Assembly: GCA_023269235.1 (NCBI GenBank)
Contig: JAHFTW010000003.1
Coordinates: 165,999 to 229,998 of the forward strand
DNA: 64,000 nucleotides
Direction of reading: 5' to 3'
Source of the DNA: Thermoplasmata archaeon
GTDB taxonomy: Archaea > Thermoplasmatota > E2 > JACPAO01 > JAHFTW01
Part shown: positions 9,020 through 18,448 of the stretch, piece by piece
Layout: the number at the start of each line of letters is the position of its first letter
Numbering within the stretch: position 1 is the first letter of the stretch
Made by a program: the position numbers and the translations under genes
Notes under the pieces: generated by a model
Seen by the model: the letters and a program-made list of their open reading frames with translations, nothing else
Told to the model about the DNA's origin: nothing
Databases searched by the model: none

Positions 9020-9037
9020 TTCCTGAACAGCTTTATA
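9020..9037 (+). promoter_or_regulatory. Putative BRE/TATA promoter of korAB ('CCTGAACAGCTTTATAGC')
   Basis: A 'TTTATAG' TATA-like box lies about 55 nt upstream of the korA start, with a GGAGG SD-like 'CAGGAGGG' in between. It overlaps a copy of the CCTGAACAGC motif. Confidence 0.45.
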
Positions 9038-9090
9038 GCTGGCCCAAGTCGCCGGCGACAAGGCCTTCTTCAGGAGGGCCCCACCAGGTT

Positions 9091-10866
9091 TTGGGCATGG
9101 CCAGCACCACCTTCCGTTTCGCCGGCGAGTCCGGAGAGGGCGTCATCTCCGCGGGCGAGATCGCCTGCCTCGCGCTCAGCGACATCGGCTTCAACGTCTT
9201 CACGTTCGAGTCGTACCCCGCCGAGATCAAGGGCGGCCACTGCTGGTACCAGGTCCGCTCCTCCGACGACGAGCTGGCCTCCGCCGGTGTCGGCGTTGAC
9301 CTGCTCTGCGCTTTCAACCAGGAGGCCATTGACCTCCACGCCAAGGTCGTCAGCCCCGGCGGCGTCATCGTGTACGACCCCGGCCAGGTCACGGTCCCCC
9401 CGACGCGCACCGACGTCCGCCTCCTCGCCATCCCCTTCGACGAGCTCGTCAAGACCCAGGTCCAGTCGGCCAAGTCGAAGAACGTCTTCGCCGTCGCCAC
9501 CGTCGCGGCCCTGAGCGGCATCCCCGCCGCCGAGGTCAAGAAGACGATGCAGAAGAAGTACAAGGGCAAGAAGGCCGAGCTGCTCGCGCTCAACGACAAG
9601 GCCATCGACGCCGCGTACGCGCACATCGTCACCAACAACATCCCGCCCCTCACCACGATGAAGATCGGCCACCACGCCGAGGAGCGCACCCTCATCAACG
9701 GCAACGACGCGATCGCGCTCGGCGCCCTCGCCGCCGGCTGCGACTTCTTCGCCGGCTACCCCATCACCCCCGCCTCCAGCATCCTCGAGGGGCTCTCCGT
9801 CGAGATGCCCAAGCTCGGCCACGTCTGCATGCAGGCCGAGGACGAGATGTCCTCCCTCGCCCACTGCCTAGGCGCGAGCTACGCCGGCAAGAAGTCCGCG
9901 ACGGCGACGAGCGGCCCCGGCTTCAGCCTCATGCAGGAGCTGCTCGGCCTCGCCTCCACCGCGGAGTTGCCCGTCGTCATCATCAACTGCATGCGCGGCG
10001 GCCCCAGCACCGGCCTGCCCACGAAGCCCGAGCAGTCGGACCTCAACGAGATGGTGTACGGCTCGCACGGCGAGGCGTCCCGCATCGTCATGGCCCCCGC
10101 CGGCGTGCGCGACAGCATCATCCAGACCGTCTGGGCGTTCAACCTGGCCGAGAAGTACCAGGTCCCGGTCATCATCGCCACGGACCACTCGCTCAGCAAC
10201 CGCACCGAGAACATCATCCTCCCCAGCCTCAAGGGCACCCCCATCGTCCGTCGCAAGCTCGCCACCGAGGCCGACCTCGTGGACTACAAGCGCTACAAGT
10301 TCACCCCCGACGGCGTCTCGCCCCAGGCCATCCCCGGCATGGTCGGCGGCACGCACACCGCGGAGGGCCTCGAGCACAACGAGTACGGCAACCCGAACTA
10401 CACGGGCTCGAACCATGAGGCGATGATCAAGAAGCGCCTGCACAAGATCGATGACGCTTGGAAGTACCCGGCCGCGCTCGAGACGTTCGGCGACCAGAAC
10501 CCCGACGTCCTCGTCGTCACCTGGGGCAGCACCAAGGGCCCCGTCAAGGAAGCCGTCCTCGCCGCTCTCCAGGAGGGCAAGAAGGTCGGCTACGTCGTCC
10601 CCAAGATCCTCAACCCGCTCCCCGAGACGGGCTTCCTGGACCTCATCCAGAAGGCGCCGCAGGTCATCGTCGCCGAGATGAACCACACCGGCCAGCTCGA
10701 GGGCCTGCTGCGCAAGCGCGTCACGCGCGACTTCATCCGCCTCAACAAGGTGCATGGCACGCCGCTCACCTGGCTCGAGATCAAGGAGAAGATCGACGGC
10801 GCGCTCGCCGGCAAGATCAAGGCCACCGCCACGCACTCGTCCCTCAAGCAGGAGATGACCGCATGA
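9091..10866 (+). CDS. korA: 2-oxoacid:ferredoxin oxidoreductase, fused gamma-alpha subunit
   Basis: An N-terminal gamma domain ('ESGEGVISAGEIACLALSDIGFNVFT') is followed by an alpha domain ('GYPITPASSILE...'). The start may instead be ATG 9097 ('MASTTFRFAG'). Confidence 0.85.
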   Translation: MGMASTTFRFAGESGEGVISAGEIACLALSDIGFNVFTFESYPAEIKGGHCWYQVRSSDDELASAGVGVDLLCAFNQEAIDLHAKVVSPGGVIVYDPGQVTVPPTRTDVRLLAIPFDELVKTQVQSAKSKNVFAVATVAALSGIPAAEVKKTMQKKYKGKKAELLALNDKAIDAAYAHIVTNNIPPLTTMKIGHHAEERTLINGNDAIALGALAAGCDFFAGYPITPASSILEGLSVEMPKLGHVCMQAEDEMSSLAHCLGASYAGKKSATATSGPGFSLMQELLGLASTAELPVVIINCMRGGPSTGLPTKPEQSDLNEMVYGSHGEASRIVMAPAGVRDSIIQTVWAFNLAEKYQVPVIIATDHSLSNRTENIILPSLKGTPIVRRKLATEADLVDYKRYKFTPDGVSPQAIPGMVGGTHTAEGLEHNEYGNPNYTGSNHEAMIKKRLHKIDDAWKYPAALETFGDQNPDVLVVTWGSTKGPVKEAVLAALQEGKKVGYVVPKILNPLPETGFLDLIQKAPQVIVAEMNHTGQLEGLLRKRVTRDFIRLNKVHGTPLTWLEIKEKIDGALAGKIKATATHSSLKQEMTA

Positions 10867-11834
10867 GCACCAACCCGGCTGCCAAGCCAGCCCTCGCCTC
10901 CGCCGGCCACGCCCTCCCCGAGGCCGACATGGTCAAGCCGGTCGCGCGCCCCGCCATCCCCATGGCCGGCGTCCCGCTGGCCGCCAAGGACTACAAGGGC
11001 ACCCTGCCCCCGGTCTGGTGCCCCGGATGCGGCGACTTCGCCGTGCTCGCCGCGATGCAGAAGGCGCTCGCCGACCTCCAGCTCGCCCCGCACGACGTCA
11101 CCTTCGTGAGCGGCATCGGCTGCAGCAGCCGCTTCCCCCACTTCATGAACGCGTACGGCTTCCACGCCGTGCACGGCCGCAGCCTCCCGGTCGCGGTCGG
11201 CGTCAAGCTCGCCATGCCCGAGAGGACCGTCATCGCGGTCGGCGGCGACGGCGACGGCATGGCCATCGGCGCCGGGCACTTCGTGCACACCGCGCGCCGC
11301 AACCCCAAGATCGCCTACGTCATGATGGACAACGAGATCTACGGCCTCACGAAGGGCCAGGCATCGCCCACGTCCGCCATCGGCCTCAAGACAAAGTCTA
11401 CGCCGTTCGCGGGCGAGGGCAAGTCCGCGGACCAGCCCATCAACCCGCTGGCGCTCGCCATCATCTCGGGCGCCACCTGGGTCGCGCGCGGCTACTCCGG
11501 GAAGGTCAAGGAGCTCACCGAGCTCATCAAGCAGGCCATCAACCACGACGGCTACGCCTTCCTCCAGGTCATCAGCCCCTGCGTGACCTTCCACGACATC
11601 TACGAGGCCGCGAAGGCGAACCAGCGCCAACTCGAGCCGACGCACGATGCCAAGGACAAGTTCGCCGCCATGAAGGCCGCCATGACCGACCACTGGGTCA
11701 CTGGCGTCTTCTACGAGGAGCACCGCCAGCATTTCGGCGCCGCCCTCGACGCGCAGAAGAAGGACGCAACCGCCAAGGGCGTCACCGGCCTCGCCGCGCT
11801 CTCGCAGAAGCTCGCCGCCACCTCGACGGCCTAA
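10863..11834 (+). CDS. korB: 2-oxoacid:ferredoxin oxidoreductase beta subunit (TPP-binding)
   Basis: 'WCPGCGDFAVL...GIGCSSRFP...GGDGDGMAIGAGHF' is the TPP-binding beta-subunit pattern. The ATG overlaps the korA stop (ATGA). Confidence 0.85.
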   Translation: MSTNPAAKPALASAGHALPEADMVKPVARPAIPMAGVPLAAKDYKGTLPPVWCPGCGDFAVLAAMQKALADLQLAPHDVTFVSGIGCSSRFPHFMNAYGFHAVHGRSLPVAVGVKLAMPERTVIAVGGDGDGMAIGAGHFVHTARRNPKIAYVMMDNEIYGLTKGQASPTSAIGLKTKSTPFAGEGKSADQPINPLALAIISGATWVARGYSGKVKELTELIKQAINHDGYAFLQVISPCVTFHDIYEAAKANQRQLEPTHDAKDKFAAMKAAMTDHWVTGVFYEEHRQHFGAALDAQKKDATAKGVTGLAALSQKLAATSTA

Positions 11835-11871
11835 ACGCTCCGCCTCCCCTGGACACAGATTCAACAGAAGC

Positions 11872-11910
11872 TTCGGGCATCATGCCCGAATCGACTCTGC
11901 TTCATTTTGG
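11872..11910. terminator. Bidirectional terminator-like hairpin plus T-tract between convergent korB and the downstream minus-strand gene
   Basis: Inverted repeat 'TTCGGGC atcat GCCCGAA' (11872-11890) is followed by 'TTCATTTTGG' (about 11901-11910). Confidence 0.4.
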
Positions 11911-11976
11911 CGTCCGCCGCGGGACTGAATCAATTTCCGTCTTCAAGACGCAACGGGCATCTGCTCAATCTGTGGC

Positions 11977-13458
11977 TTAGGCCAGAAGCGAGACCGTCTC
12001 GCCGGTGCCGGACTCGCGCAGGTAGTCGCCGAGCGCCGCCGCGTAGTCGGCCCCGGTTGCATCCAGCACGCGCCTGGCGAGGGGCGCAAGCGTTCGTCCG
12101 GCTTCTTTGGCGTCGTGCGCGAGGTAGCGTTCGCCCTCGTGCGCCAGCCCGAGCGCGACGAGGGCCGCGAAGAAGTGGGCCGGATGCTGCGCGTGCGCCG
12201 CCTCCTTGCGCAGGCGTTGGAGGAACTGCGTGCGCTCCATCGTGCGCTGGTCGCGCACCAGCCCGTCAAACCAGGCGCCGACCGAGCCGAGGCCCGTGAG
12301 CGTGGGGAGGTCCCCCAAGCGGCGGCGGCGCTGCGCCTCGTCGCGGGCAAGCCGGAGCAGTGTGCGCGCTTCGGTGCCGGCATGCTGCGCGAGGAACGAT
12401 GCGTCGGACTCCCCGAGAAGGGAGGCGACGGCGTCGGGGAGCCGGTCGCGGTGCGCCGCCAGGACGTCGGCGACTTGGCGCGACGGCCCCTTGTGGCCGC
12501 CCGCGGTGAGGATGCGGACCGGCTCGCGCTCCCAGTCGGCAAGTCCGAGCGCGTCGAGGAAGGCGTCCTGGCTCGCGTAGCCGTGGCCGGCCAAGTCGAA
12601 GAGGGCGTCGCTGACCGAGCCTTGCGTCGTCGCGTCGAGCAGGCCGACCTCGTCGAGGCGGCCGAAACGGTAGAGCTCGGCGCGCGAGTCGAGGATGGCG
12701 AGGCGGCGGCCGTCCGGCATGGCGACCTGCAGGTCGGCGGGGCGAGATGGGGCGTCGCCGCGCAGGACGCGGGTCGTGAGGTGGCCGTTCAGATTGCCGG
12801 TGCGTTTGCCGCAGGGGCCGCAGACCAGAAGCGCGGGGCCGCCAGGGAAGCGGAACTCCAGGCGCGGCCGGTCGGCGTGCGGGCAGGAGCGGTCGCCGTC
12901 GGCGGTCGCGGCGAGGGAGAGGCCGGCGCGCTCGGCGAGGTCGTCCCACCACGCTTGAGATGGCGCCGGGATCGTGCCCGTGCTCCACAGGTCGCGGCCG
13001 GCGAAGAACCAGAGGTCGTGCTTGGCGGCGAGCGGCCCGTAGGCAAGCAGGAGGGCGAGCGGGTCGTCCCAGTTCTGCACGCCGAGGTGGACCAGCCGGA
13101 CGACGTGGCCGCGCGCGAGGAAGAAGCGGCGGTTGCCGTCCACGCGGGCATCCAGGAGGACTGGGGCCGTTTCCTGGTCGGCGAGCTCCTGCGCGATGCG
13201 GAGGGCACCGAGCAAGCCTTTGTCGAACCGGGCCGCGAACCCGAGCGAGCCGGACTCCAGCCGCTTGCGCAGGGCAGCGACCGGGCGGGCCTCAGTGCCA
13301 ACCGACGTGGGCAAGACGAGGGTGGGGTCCTTCGCGACGGCGCGGACGTGCTCCAGGAACTGCTCCTGAACGGTCCCGGAGGCGGTGCGCAAGGCCGAGC
13401 GGCGCTTCATCTGCGGCATGCCCGAATCCTGGACCGAGAGCGGTTTCGGCAGCGCCAT
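11977..13458 (-). CDS. Hypothetical protein with a CPH...CGPC zinc-binding-like motif, co-transcribed downstream of RNase R
   Basis: A 494 aa product of ordinary composition ('...RSCPHADRPRLEFRFPGGPALLVCGPCGKRTGNLNGH...') shows no recognisable catalytic motif. Its ATG at 13458 lies 1 nt after the RNase R stop (13460). The R-rich N-terminus of the longer track ORF was rejected. Confidence 0.55.
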   Translation of the reverse strand: MALPKPLSVQDSGMPQMKRRSALRTASGTVQEQFLEHVRAVAKDPTLVLPTSVGTEARPVAALRKRLESGSLGFAARFDKGLLGALRIAQELADQETAPVLLDARVDGNRRFFLARGHVVRLVHLGVQNWDDPLALLLAYGPLAAKHDLWFFAGRDLWSTGTIPAPSQAWWDDLAERAGLSLAATADGDRSCPHADRPRLEFRFPGGPALLVCGPCGKRTGNLNGHLTTRVLRGDAPSRPADLQVAMPDGRRLAILDSRAELYRFGRLDEVGLLDATTQGSVSDALFDLAGHGYASQDAFLDALGLADWEREPVRILTAGGHKGPSRQVADVLAAHRDRLPDAVASLLGESDASFLAQHAGTEARTLLRLARDEAQRRRRLGDLPTLTGLGSVGAWFDGLVRDQRTMERTQFLQRLRKEAAHAQHPAHFFAALVALGLAHEGERYLAHDAKEAGRTLAPLARRVLDATGADYAAALGDYLRESGTGETVSLLA

Positions 13459-13459
13459 C

Positions 13460-16078
13460 CTAGCCACCCACTTCGCTCGGGGGTTTAGCCGCTGTCGTCG
13501 TCCACGAGACCAGCTCCGCCCCGGTGCGGCCGGCGGCGACGTCGCGCGCCACGAGGCGGACGGCGACCCGTTGGCCCAGCCGCGCGACCGTCTCGGGCGC
13601 GTCAAGCGTGCGCGCCGTGTCCACGAGCTGGGCACGCGACAGGCGGCTTGTGTCCGTGGCGCGGCCGAGCGTGCTCTCCCATTCATCCACGTTGAACGGG
13701 CCGCCGGGCACGTCGCGCAGCGCGATGCGGGCCTCCATGCCGTCGGAGCGGACGACGAAGAGGCTAGCAGGCGTGATGCCGGTGATGCGCGCGGGGCCCG
13801 AGCCGGCGTCGGTGGCGAGGACGAGGCAGCTCGCCTTGATGCGGCGCTCCAGGTCGGCGGCCTGGCGTTCCTGGTTGGAGCAGTGGTCGCACAGCGCGCG
13901 CAGGGATACTTGGCCGTGCGGGACCGGTCCCTTGCGGCCTCCGATGAGCCAGGCGAGGTTGCGGTGGACGACGAGGTCGGGGTAGCGGCGAATGGGGCTG
14001 GTGAAGTGGCAGTAGTGCGTCGAGGCGAGGCCGAAGTGGCCTTCGTTGTCGGGCGTGTAGAAGGCGCGCCCCATGCATCCGAGCAGTTTCAGCGTCGCGA
14101 CCTCGGCGAGCTCTTCGTCGCGGTGGCCGGAGAGCAGCTCGACGACGCGGCGGAACGGTTCCAGCCACTTGGGCCGCTCGTCCGGGGAGAGCTGCGCGAA
14201 GCCAGGGAGCCGGGTCGGCTCCGTCGGAGCGGCAGGCACGGGATCGTCGTCGTCCGAGTCCAAACTGGCGCCCCCGCCGAACAGGTTGAGCTTGCCGCCG
14301 CCCGCCTTCAGCTTGTCCAGCATACTCTCGAGGCGCGCAGGTGCCGTCGTCGCCGCGGGCCGACGGGGAAGGGAGAGGTCGGCTTCCATGCCCATCGCCT
14401 CCAGTTGGTGCTGGAAACGCTGCGCCTTCTCGGGCTCCGGGAGTGGGTGGCAGCGGTACAGGACAGGGACGCCGGACTGCGCGAGGTGCTCTGCGACCGC
14501 CTCGTTGGCGGCCACCATGAACGTCTCGATCATGCGCGTCGCGTCGTCGGCGCGCTTCTCCAGGAACGAGAAGCCGGCGTCGCCAAGCAGGACCTTCAGC
14601 TCGCCCGTCTCCAACTCCAGTCCGTTGCGGTGGCTGCGCATCAGCTTGGCGGCGGCCAGCAGGTCGGCGAACGGCGCGGCGCCGGCGTTGGCGCGCTCGA
14701 GGGCGATGCCGTAGCTCAGGTTCTCGGTGACGCGGATGATGGAGTGGTAGTGCGCGCGGCCGACGATGCGGCCGGCGGGGTCGAGGTCGAGGGAGACGGA
14801 GAGGGCGTAGCGGTCGCCATCCGCGCGCAGACTGCAGAGATGGTCGGACAGTCGGTGCGGCAGCATCGGCAGGACACGGCCGGGGAGGTAGACGCTCGTG
14901 GCGCGTTTCTTGGCGTGGCGGTCGAGCAAGGAATCCTGCGTGACGTAGGCGCTGACGTCGGCGACGTGGACCCAGAGCCGCCACCCGTCATCGCGCCGCT
15001 CGAGGCCGACGGCGTCGTCGAAGTCCCGTGCATCGGGCGGGTCGATGGTCCAGCACGGAATCGCGCGCAGGTCGGTGCGCCACGGCTGCGCGGCGAGTGT
15101 CGGGTCCGCGAACTTCGCCGCGGCGTCCTCCGCCTTCGCGTCCTCCTGGTGCTCGAAGAACTCCTCCTGGTTGACGTGGCGCCGCGTCAGGCTCGCCACC
15201 GCGTCCTCGGGCGACCACAAACCGACGCCGAGCAGGAACTGGACGTAGTCACTGGAGCGGCTGGTGGCCCCTCCGACCCAATCGGCGGCGAGGAACGCGA
15301 GTTGCCGGTGCAGGTCCATGCCGAACACTTGGACGGCGCCGAGGCCCGCGATGCCGGCGACCGGCTCGCCGCCGTCGGGGACGCCGTCCCATTCGATGAA
15401 CTGCCGCATCGCCGGCTTCGCCCAGGCCAACGTCGCCGTGTCGCGCGCGTCGAGCTTCGCCTCCGCGACGGAGACGCCCGTGTACACGATGCCGTCTTCG
15501 CCTTCGGTCGCCCGAACAAGCTTGGACTTCAGGAGAGCCAGGTCGGACCAGGCGCGCTCCATCGTCTCGCGCTCCAAGCGGGCCCAAGGTCGCCAGCGGT
15601 CGCCGCGGCCCGCAACAGTCTGGAAGCGGCCAGTCCCCGCGCGGCGGCAGCGGTCCAGCGTCTCGCGCACGTCGCGCAGTTGCTGTGGGGAGGCGGCGCC
15701 CTTGGCCCAGGCTGCCGCAATCTCGGAGTCGCTCCAGTCGTCGCGGCCCGCGTCGCAGGTCGCCTGCCAGAGCTCTTCTTCGAGCTTGCCAAGGTCCTCC
15801 TCCGCCTGCTCGGCGAGCGCGTCGGGGCCCTTCGCGATGAGGAGCTGGAGGCGCGCGGCGGCGCCCTTCTCGTCGTCGGGTCGGCCTTCCCAGCGGGCCT
15901 TGAACGCGCGCCGCTTGAGGTGGTCGGCCTTCACTTCTTTGGGGCCGGCGACCGTGAGGAGGCGCGCCCAGTTCTCGCCTTTGACGCGGCGTCGGTCCAC
16001 GAAGAACGCGAGGTTGCGCGGGGCGTCGAGGCCGTGCAGGCCCGCGGTGAACTCGACGAGGTCGCCGGGCTTCGCCAT
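13460..16078 (-). CDS. rnr: RNB-family exoribonuclease (RNase R / RNase II-like)
   Basis: RNB catalytic motifs are present ('DDAV', 'TSVYLPGRVLPMLP', 'HFGLASTHYCHFTSPIRRYPDLVVHR'); the 872 aa product has N- and C-terminal extensions. Confidence 0.8.
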   Translation of the reverse strand: MAKPGDLVEFTAGLHGLDAPRNLAFFVDRRRVKGENWARLLTVAGPKEVKADHLKRRAFKARWEGRPDDEKGAAARLQLLIAKGPDALAEQAEEDLGKLEEELWQATCDAGRDDWSDSEIAAAWAKGAASPQQLRDVRETLDRCRRAGTGRFQTVAGRGDRWRPWARLERETMERAWSDLALLKSKLVRATEGEDGIVYTGVSVAEAKLDARDTATLAWAKPAMRQFIEWDGVPDGGEPVAGIAGLGAVQVFGMDLHRQLAFLAADWVGGATSRSSDYVQFLLGVGLWSPEDAVASLTRRHVNQEEFFEHQEDAKAEDAAAKFADPTLAAQPWRTDLRAIPCWTIDPPDARDFDDAVGLERRDDGWRLWVHVADVSAYVTQDSLLDRHAKKRATSVYLPGRVLPMLPHRLSDHLCSLRADGDRYALSVSLDLDPAGRIVGRAHYHSIIRVTENLSYGIALERANAGAAPFADLLAAAKLMRSHRNGLELETGELKVLLGDAGFSFLEKRADDATRMIETFMVAANEAVAEHLAQSGVPVLYRCHPLPEPEKAQRFQHQLEAMGMEADLSLPRRPAATTAPARLESMLDKLKAGGGKLNLFGGGASLDSDDDDPVPAAPTEPTRLPGFAQLSPDERPKWLEPFRRVVELLSGHRDEELAEVATLKLLGCMGRAFYTPDNEGHFGLASTHYCHFTSPIRRYPDLVVHRNLAWLIGGRKGPVPHGQVSLRALCDHCSNQERQAADLERRIKASCLVLATDAGSGPARITGITPASLFVVRSDGMEARIALRDVPGGPFNVDEWESTLGRATDTSRLSRAQLVDTARTLDAPETVARLGQRVAVRLVARDVAAGRTGAELVSWTTTAAKPPSEVGG

Positions 16079-16257
16079 TCAAACCGCCCCTTTCGACACC
16101 GGAGACGCAGAGTGAGCAGATTTCCAGTGGGGCTTTGACAGTCGAACCTGCGACATTGCTGGAGTGGACGCCAGAATGGAACCGATTCCACGCCAGCACG
16201 ATGCCAAAAGCATCTGCGGAATCTGTGTCCAGGCAGGCGTCACGAGGCCGCCCCGAG

Positions 16258-16917
16258 CTAGAGCAATCCCGAGGCCAGGTCGCGCAGGGCCGCGGCGGGG
16301 TCCTTCGCCTTCACGACGCCGGAGGCCAGGAGGACGCCATGGGCGCCGAGCTTGCGGGCAGCGCGCACATCGCGCCCGGTCTTGACGCCGGCGCCGCACA
16401 GGACGAGGATGTCGGAGTCCAGGTCGCGCACGGCGGCCACGGCGTCGGAGACGATGGCGGGGTCCGCGGAGGTGACGCTGACCTTGCCGCCGATGAGCTC
16501 CGGGGGTTCCACAGCGATGGCGGTGGGGGCGAGCTTGGCGAGGCGGCGGGCCTCGGCGAGGGAGTCGGCGCAGAGCAGGGTCCACAGGCCGGCGGCCTTC
16601 GCGGCGGCGAGGCTCGCCTTCAGGTCGACGGGCTTGAGCTTGTGCTCGGCATGGTTGAGCAGGGTGCCCGACGCGCCAGCGGCCTTCGCCATGGCGGCGG
16701 TGATGAAGCCGGTCCCGACGCCGGCGGGGAGGGCGTCCACGTGCTGAGCGAAGAGCGGGGCGGAGCGACCGAAGCGCGCCATGTTGCCGAGCTCGGTGAG
16801 GGGCGGGGCGAGTCCAGTGCGGCCCGCGGCGGCGCAAGCGTCGAGGAGAGCGCGGGCGCCCGGCCCGGTCGCCTCGGTGTACACCTTGGCGTTGACGACG
16901 ATGCGGGGGAACTCCAC
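16258..16917 (-). CDS. tpiA: Triosephosphate isomerase (archaeal short form)
   Basis: 'IVVNAKVYTEATG...LLNHAEHKL...VEPPELIGG...LCGAGV' gives the archaeal TIM motifs (NHxEH, the catalytic E in EPPEL, the GAG phosphate loop), and the ~220 aa length matches. Confidence 0.85.
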   Translation of the reverse strand: MEFPRIVVNAKVYTEATGPGARALLDACAAAGRTGLAPPLTELGNMARFGRSAPLFAQHVDALPAGVGTGFITAAMAKAAGASGTLLNHAEHKLKPVDLKASLAAAKAAGLWTLLCADSLAEARRLAKLAPTAIAVEPPELIGGKVSVTSADPAIVSDAVAAVRDLDSDILVLCGAGVKTGRDVRAARKLGAHGVLLASGVVKAKDPAAALRDLASGLL

Positions 16918-16976
16918 GGCGAAGCGAGGGCCGTCCTCTCCATCAAGGCTTTGACGCGCCCCCGTGTGGGAAACCC

Positions 16977-17732
16977 GTGGTCTCGGCGAACCTGGTGGCC
17001 TCCGTCCTCACGCTCCTGCCGGCCATGGGCATCCTGTTCTGGATCCTGCACCGCTACGAGGGATACTTCGAGCAGAACCGCCTCTTCTTCGCCCTGACGC
17101 TGGGCATCTTCAGCGGTCTCCTGCTGCGCTTCCTGGAAGTCTACATGTTCCAGTTCGAGAGCCAGTTCACCGTCGCCGCCACGGGCCTCTTCTTCTCGTT
17201 TCTCTACACGGCCGTCGGCTACTCTCTCCTGGAGGCGCTCGCCAACCAGGCCGTGCTCGGCTTCCGCAAGTTCCGCACCCGGAAAGACACACCCTACTAC
17301 GGCGCGAGCCTCGGCGTCGGCTTCGGCGCGATGTGGAGCCTGCAGGTCGTCACCGTCCTCATCCAGCCCGTCACCGAGCCGGCCCTGGTCCTCTCCGGCC
17401 TCGGCGCGGCCAAGCTCCTGGAGGGCATCCTGCTCGGCGCCGGCCTCGTCTTGGCCCACGCGGGCGCCGCCATCTGGGTCGGCCAAGGCTCCGGCGAGGG
17501 CAAGCTCTGGCGCGGCACCATGGTCGGGGCGCTCTGGCTCGTCCCCGCGCTCGGCATCTACTGGTACGTCGTGGCCGGCAGCCCCGGCCTCCTCCCTGCC
17601 CTCGCAATGGCGGCCTACGGTCTTCTTGCGCTGACGCAGGCGCAGAAGCGCGTCCTCGACACCATCGTCCCGCCTGAGATCCGGGACATGGTGCGCAAAG
17701 AGCGCCGCCGCGCCGCTCGCAAAAGTGAATAG
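16977..17732 (+). CDS. Polytopic membrane protein (possibly PrsW-like protease family)
   Basis: Six to seven hydrophobic helices. 'HRYEGYFEQNRLFF' near TM1 weakly resembles the PrsW E-E-x-x-K region. Function is not established. Confidence 0.6.
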   Translation: MVSANLVASVLTLLPAMGILFWILHRYEGYFEQNRLFFALTLGIFSGLLLRFLEVYMFQFESQFTVAATGLFFSFLYTAVGYSLLEALANQAVLGFRKFRTRKDTPYYGASLGVGFGAMWSLQVVTVLIQPVTEPALVLSGLGAAKLLEGILLGAGLVLAHAGAAIWVGQGSGEGKLWRGTMVGALWLVPALGIYWYVVAGSPGLLPALAMAAYGLLALTQAQKRVLDTIVPPEIRDMVRKERRRAARKSE

Positions 17733-18212
17733 CTACGCGACGAGCCGGTACGTCCGTGACTTCGGTTCCATCAAGAAATCCATGGCCAGCATGCGTGTGA
17801 TCTCCGCTTCGGCACGCTCCAGGTAGATGCCAGAGCGCACCAAGGCGTCGGCGAGTTGACGGTGCGGCATCGGGCCAGAAAGCCGTTCGAGCCAACGGGC
17901 GACCTCCTCGGCGCGCGCGGACTTGTTGATGATGGTGCGGCCCTTCGCCGCGGCGGCGTCCACGGGGGAGTCGTGCCGAGGTTGTGGCTGAAGAAGGACC
18001 GACACGGTCCGGTCGCCTTGCCGGGCCTGGGCGGCCGCGGCCTGGGCGTCTCGGGCGTCGTCGCCTTCCCAGAGCGGCTTGCGGGCAGCCAGCTCCACGG
18101 TGGAGCGGCAGCGGGGGCAGGTCGAGGTGGCGTTGCGCAACTCGACCGCCCAGGGCGCCTTGCATCCGGGGCAGGCAACGACGGCGAAGAGGGCGCCGGC
18201 GGTCGAGGTCAC
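17733..18212 (-). CDS. Zinc-ribbon plus C-terminal wHTH-like small protein
   Basis: 'CPGCKAPW...CPRCRST' is a four-Cys ribbon, followed by 'SGPMPHRQLADALVRSGIYLERAEAEITRMLAMDFL'. The start was taken at the in-frame GTG 18212 preceded by GGTGG; the track's longer R-rich N-terminus was rejected. Confidence 0.45.
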   Translation of the reverse strand: MTSTAGALFAVVACPGCKAPWAVELRNATSTCPRCRSTVELAARKPLWEGDDARDAQAAAAQARQGDRTVSVLLQPQPRHDSPVDAAAAKGRTIINKSARAEEVARWLERLSGPMPHRQLADALVRSGIYLERAEAEITRMLAMDFLMEPKSRTYRLVA

Positions 18213-18448
18213 AGGACCACCACCGTGCCGAAGCCAGAGCCGGAGATGCGGTAAGCCATCCGCTCGGCGCAGGCATCGCAGCGCAGGAGGCCGGCGTGCG
18301 ACTCGGCATCGAAGGGGGACAGGCAGGCGTTGCAACGCACCAGGAGGACCATGGGGATGGCGCGAGGGCGCAGGGGTGGGATGGCCTTGCCGCGGAGGCG
18401 GGTGAAAGCACCGGTTGGGCCAAGACGGGCGCCGTCGTCTCTGGGGCG

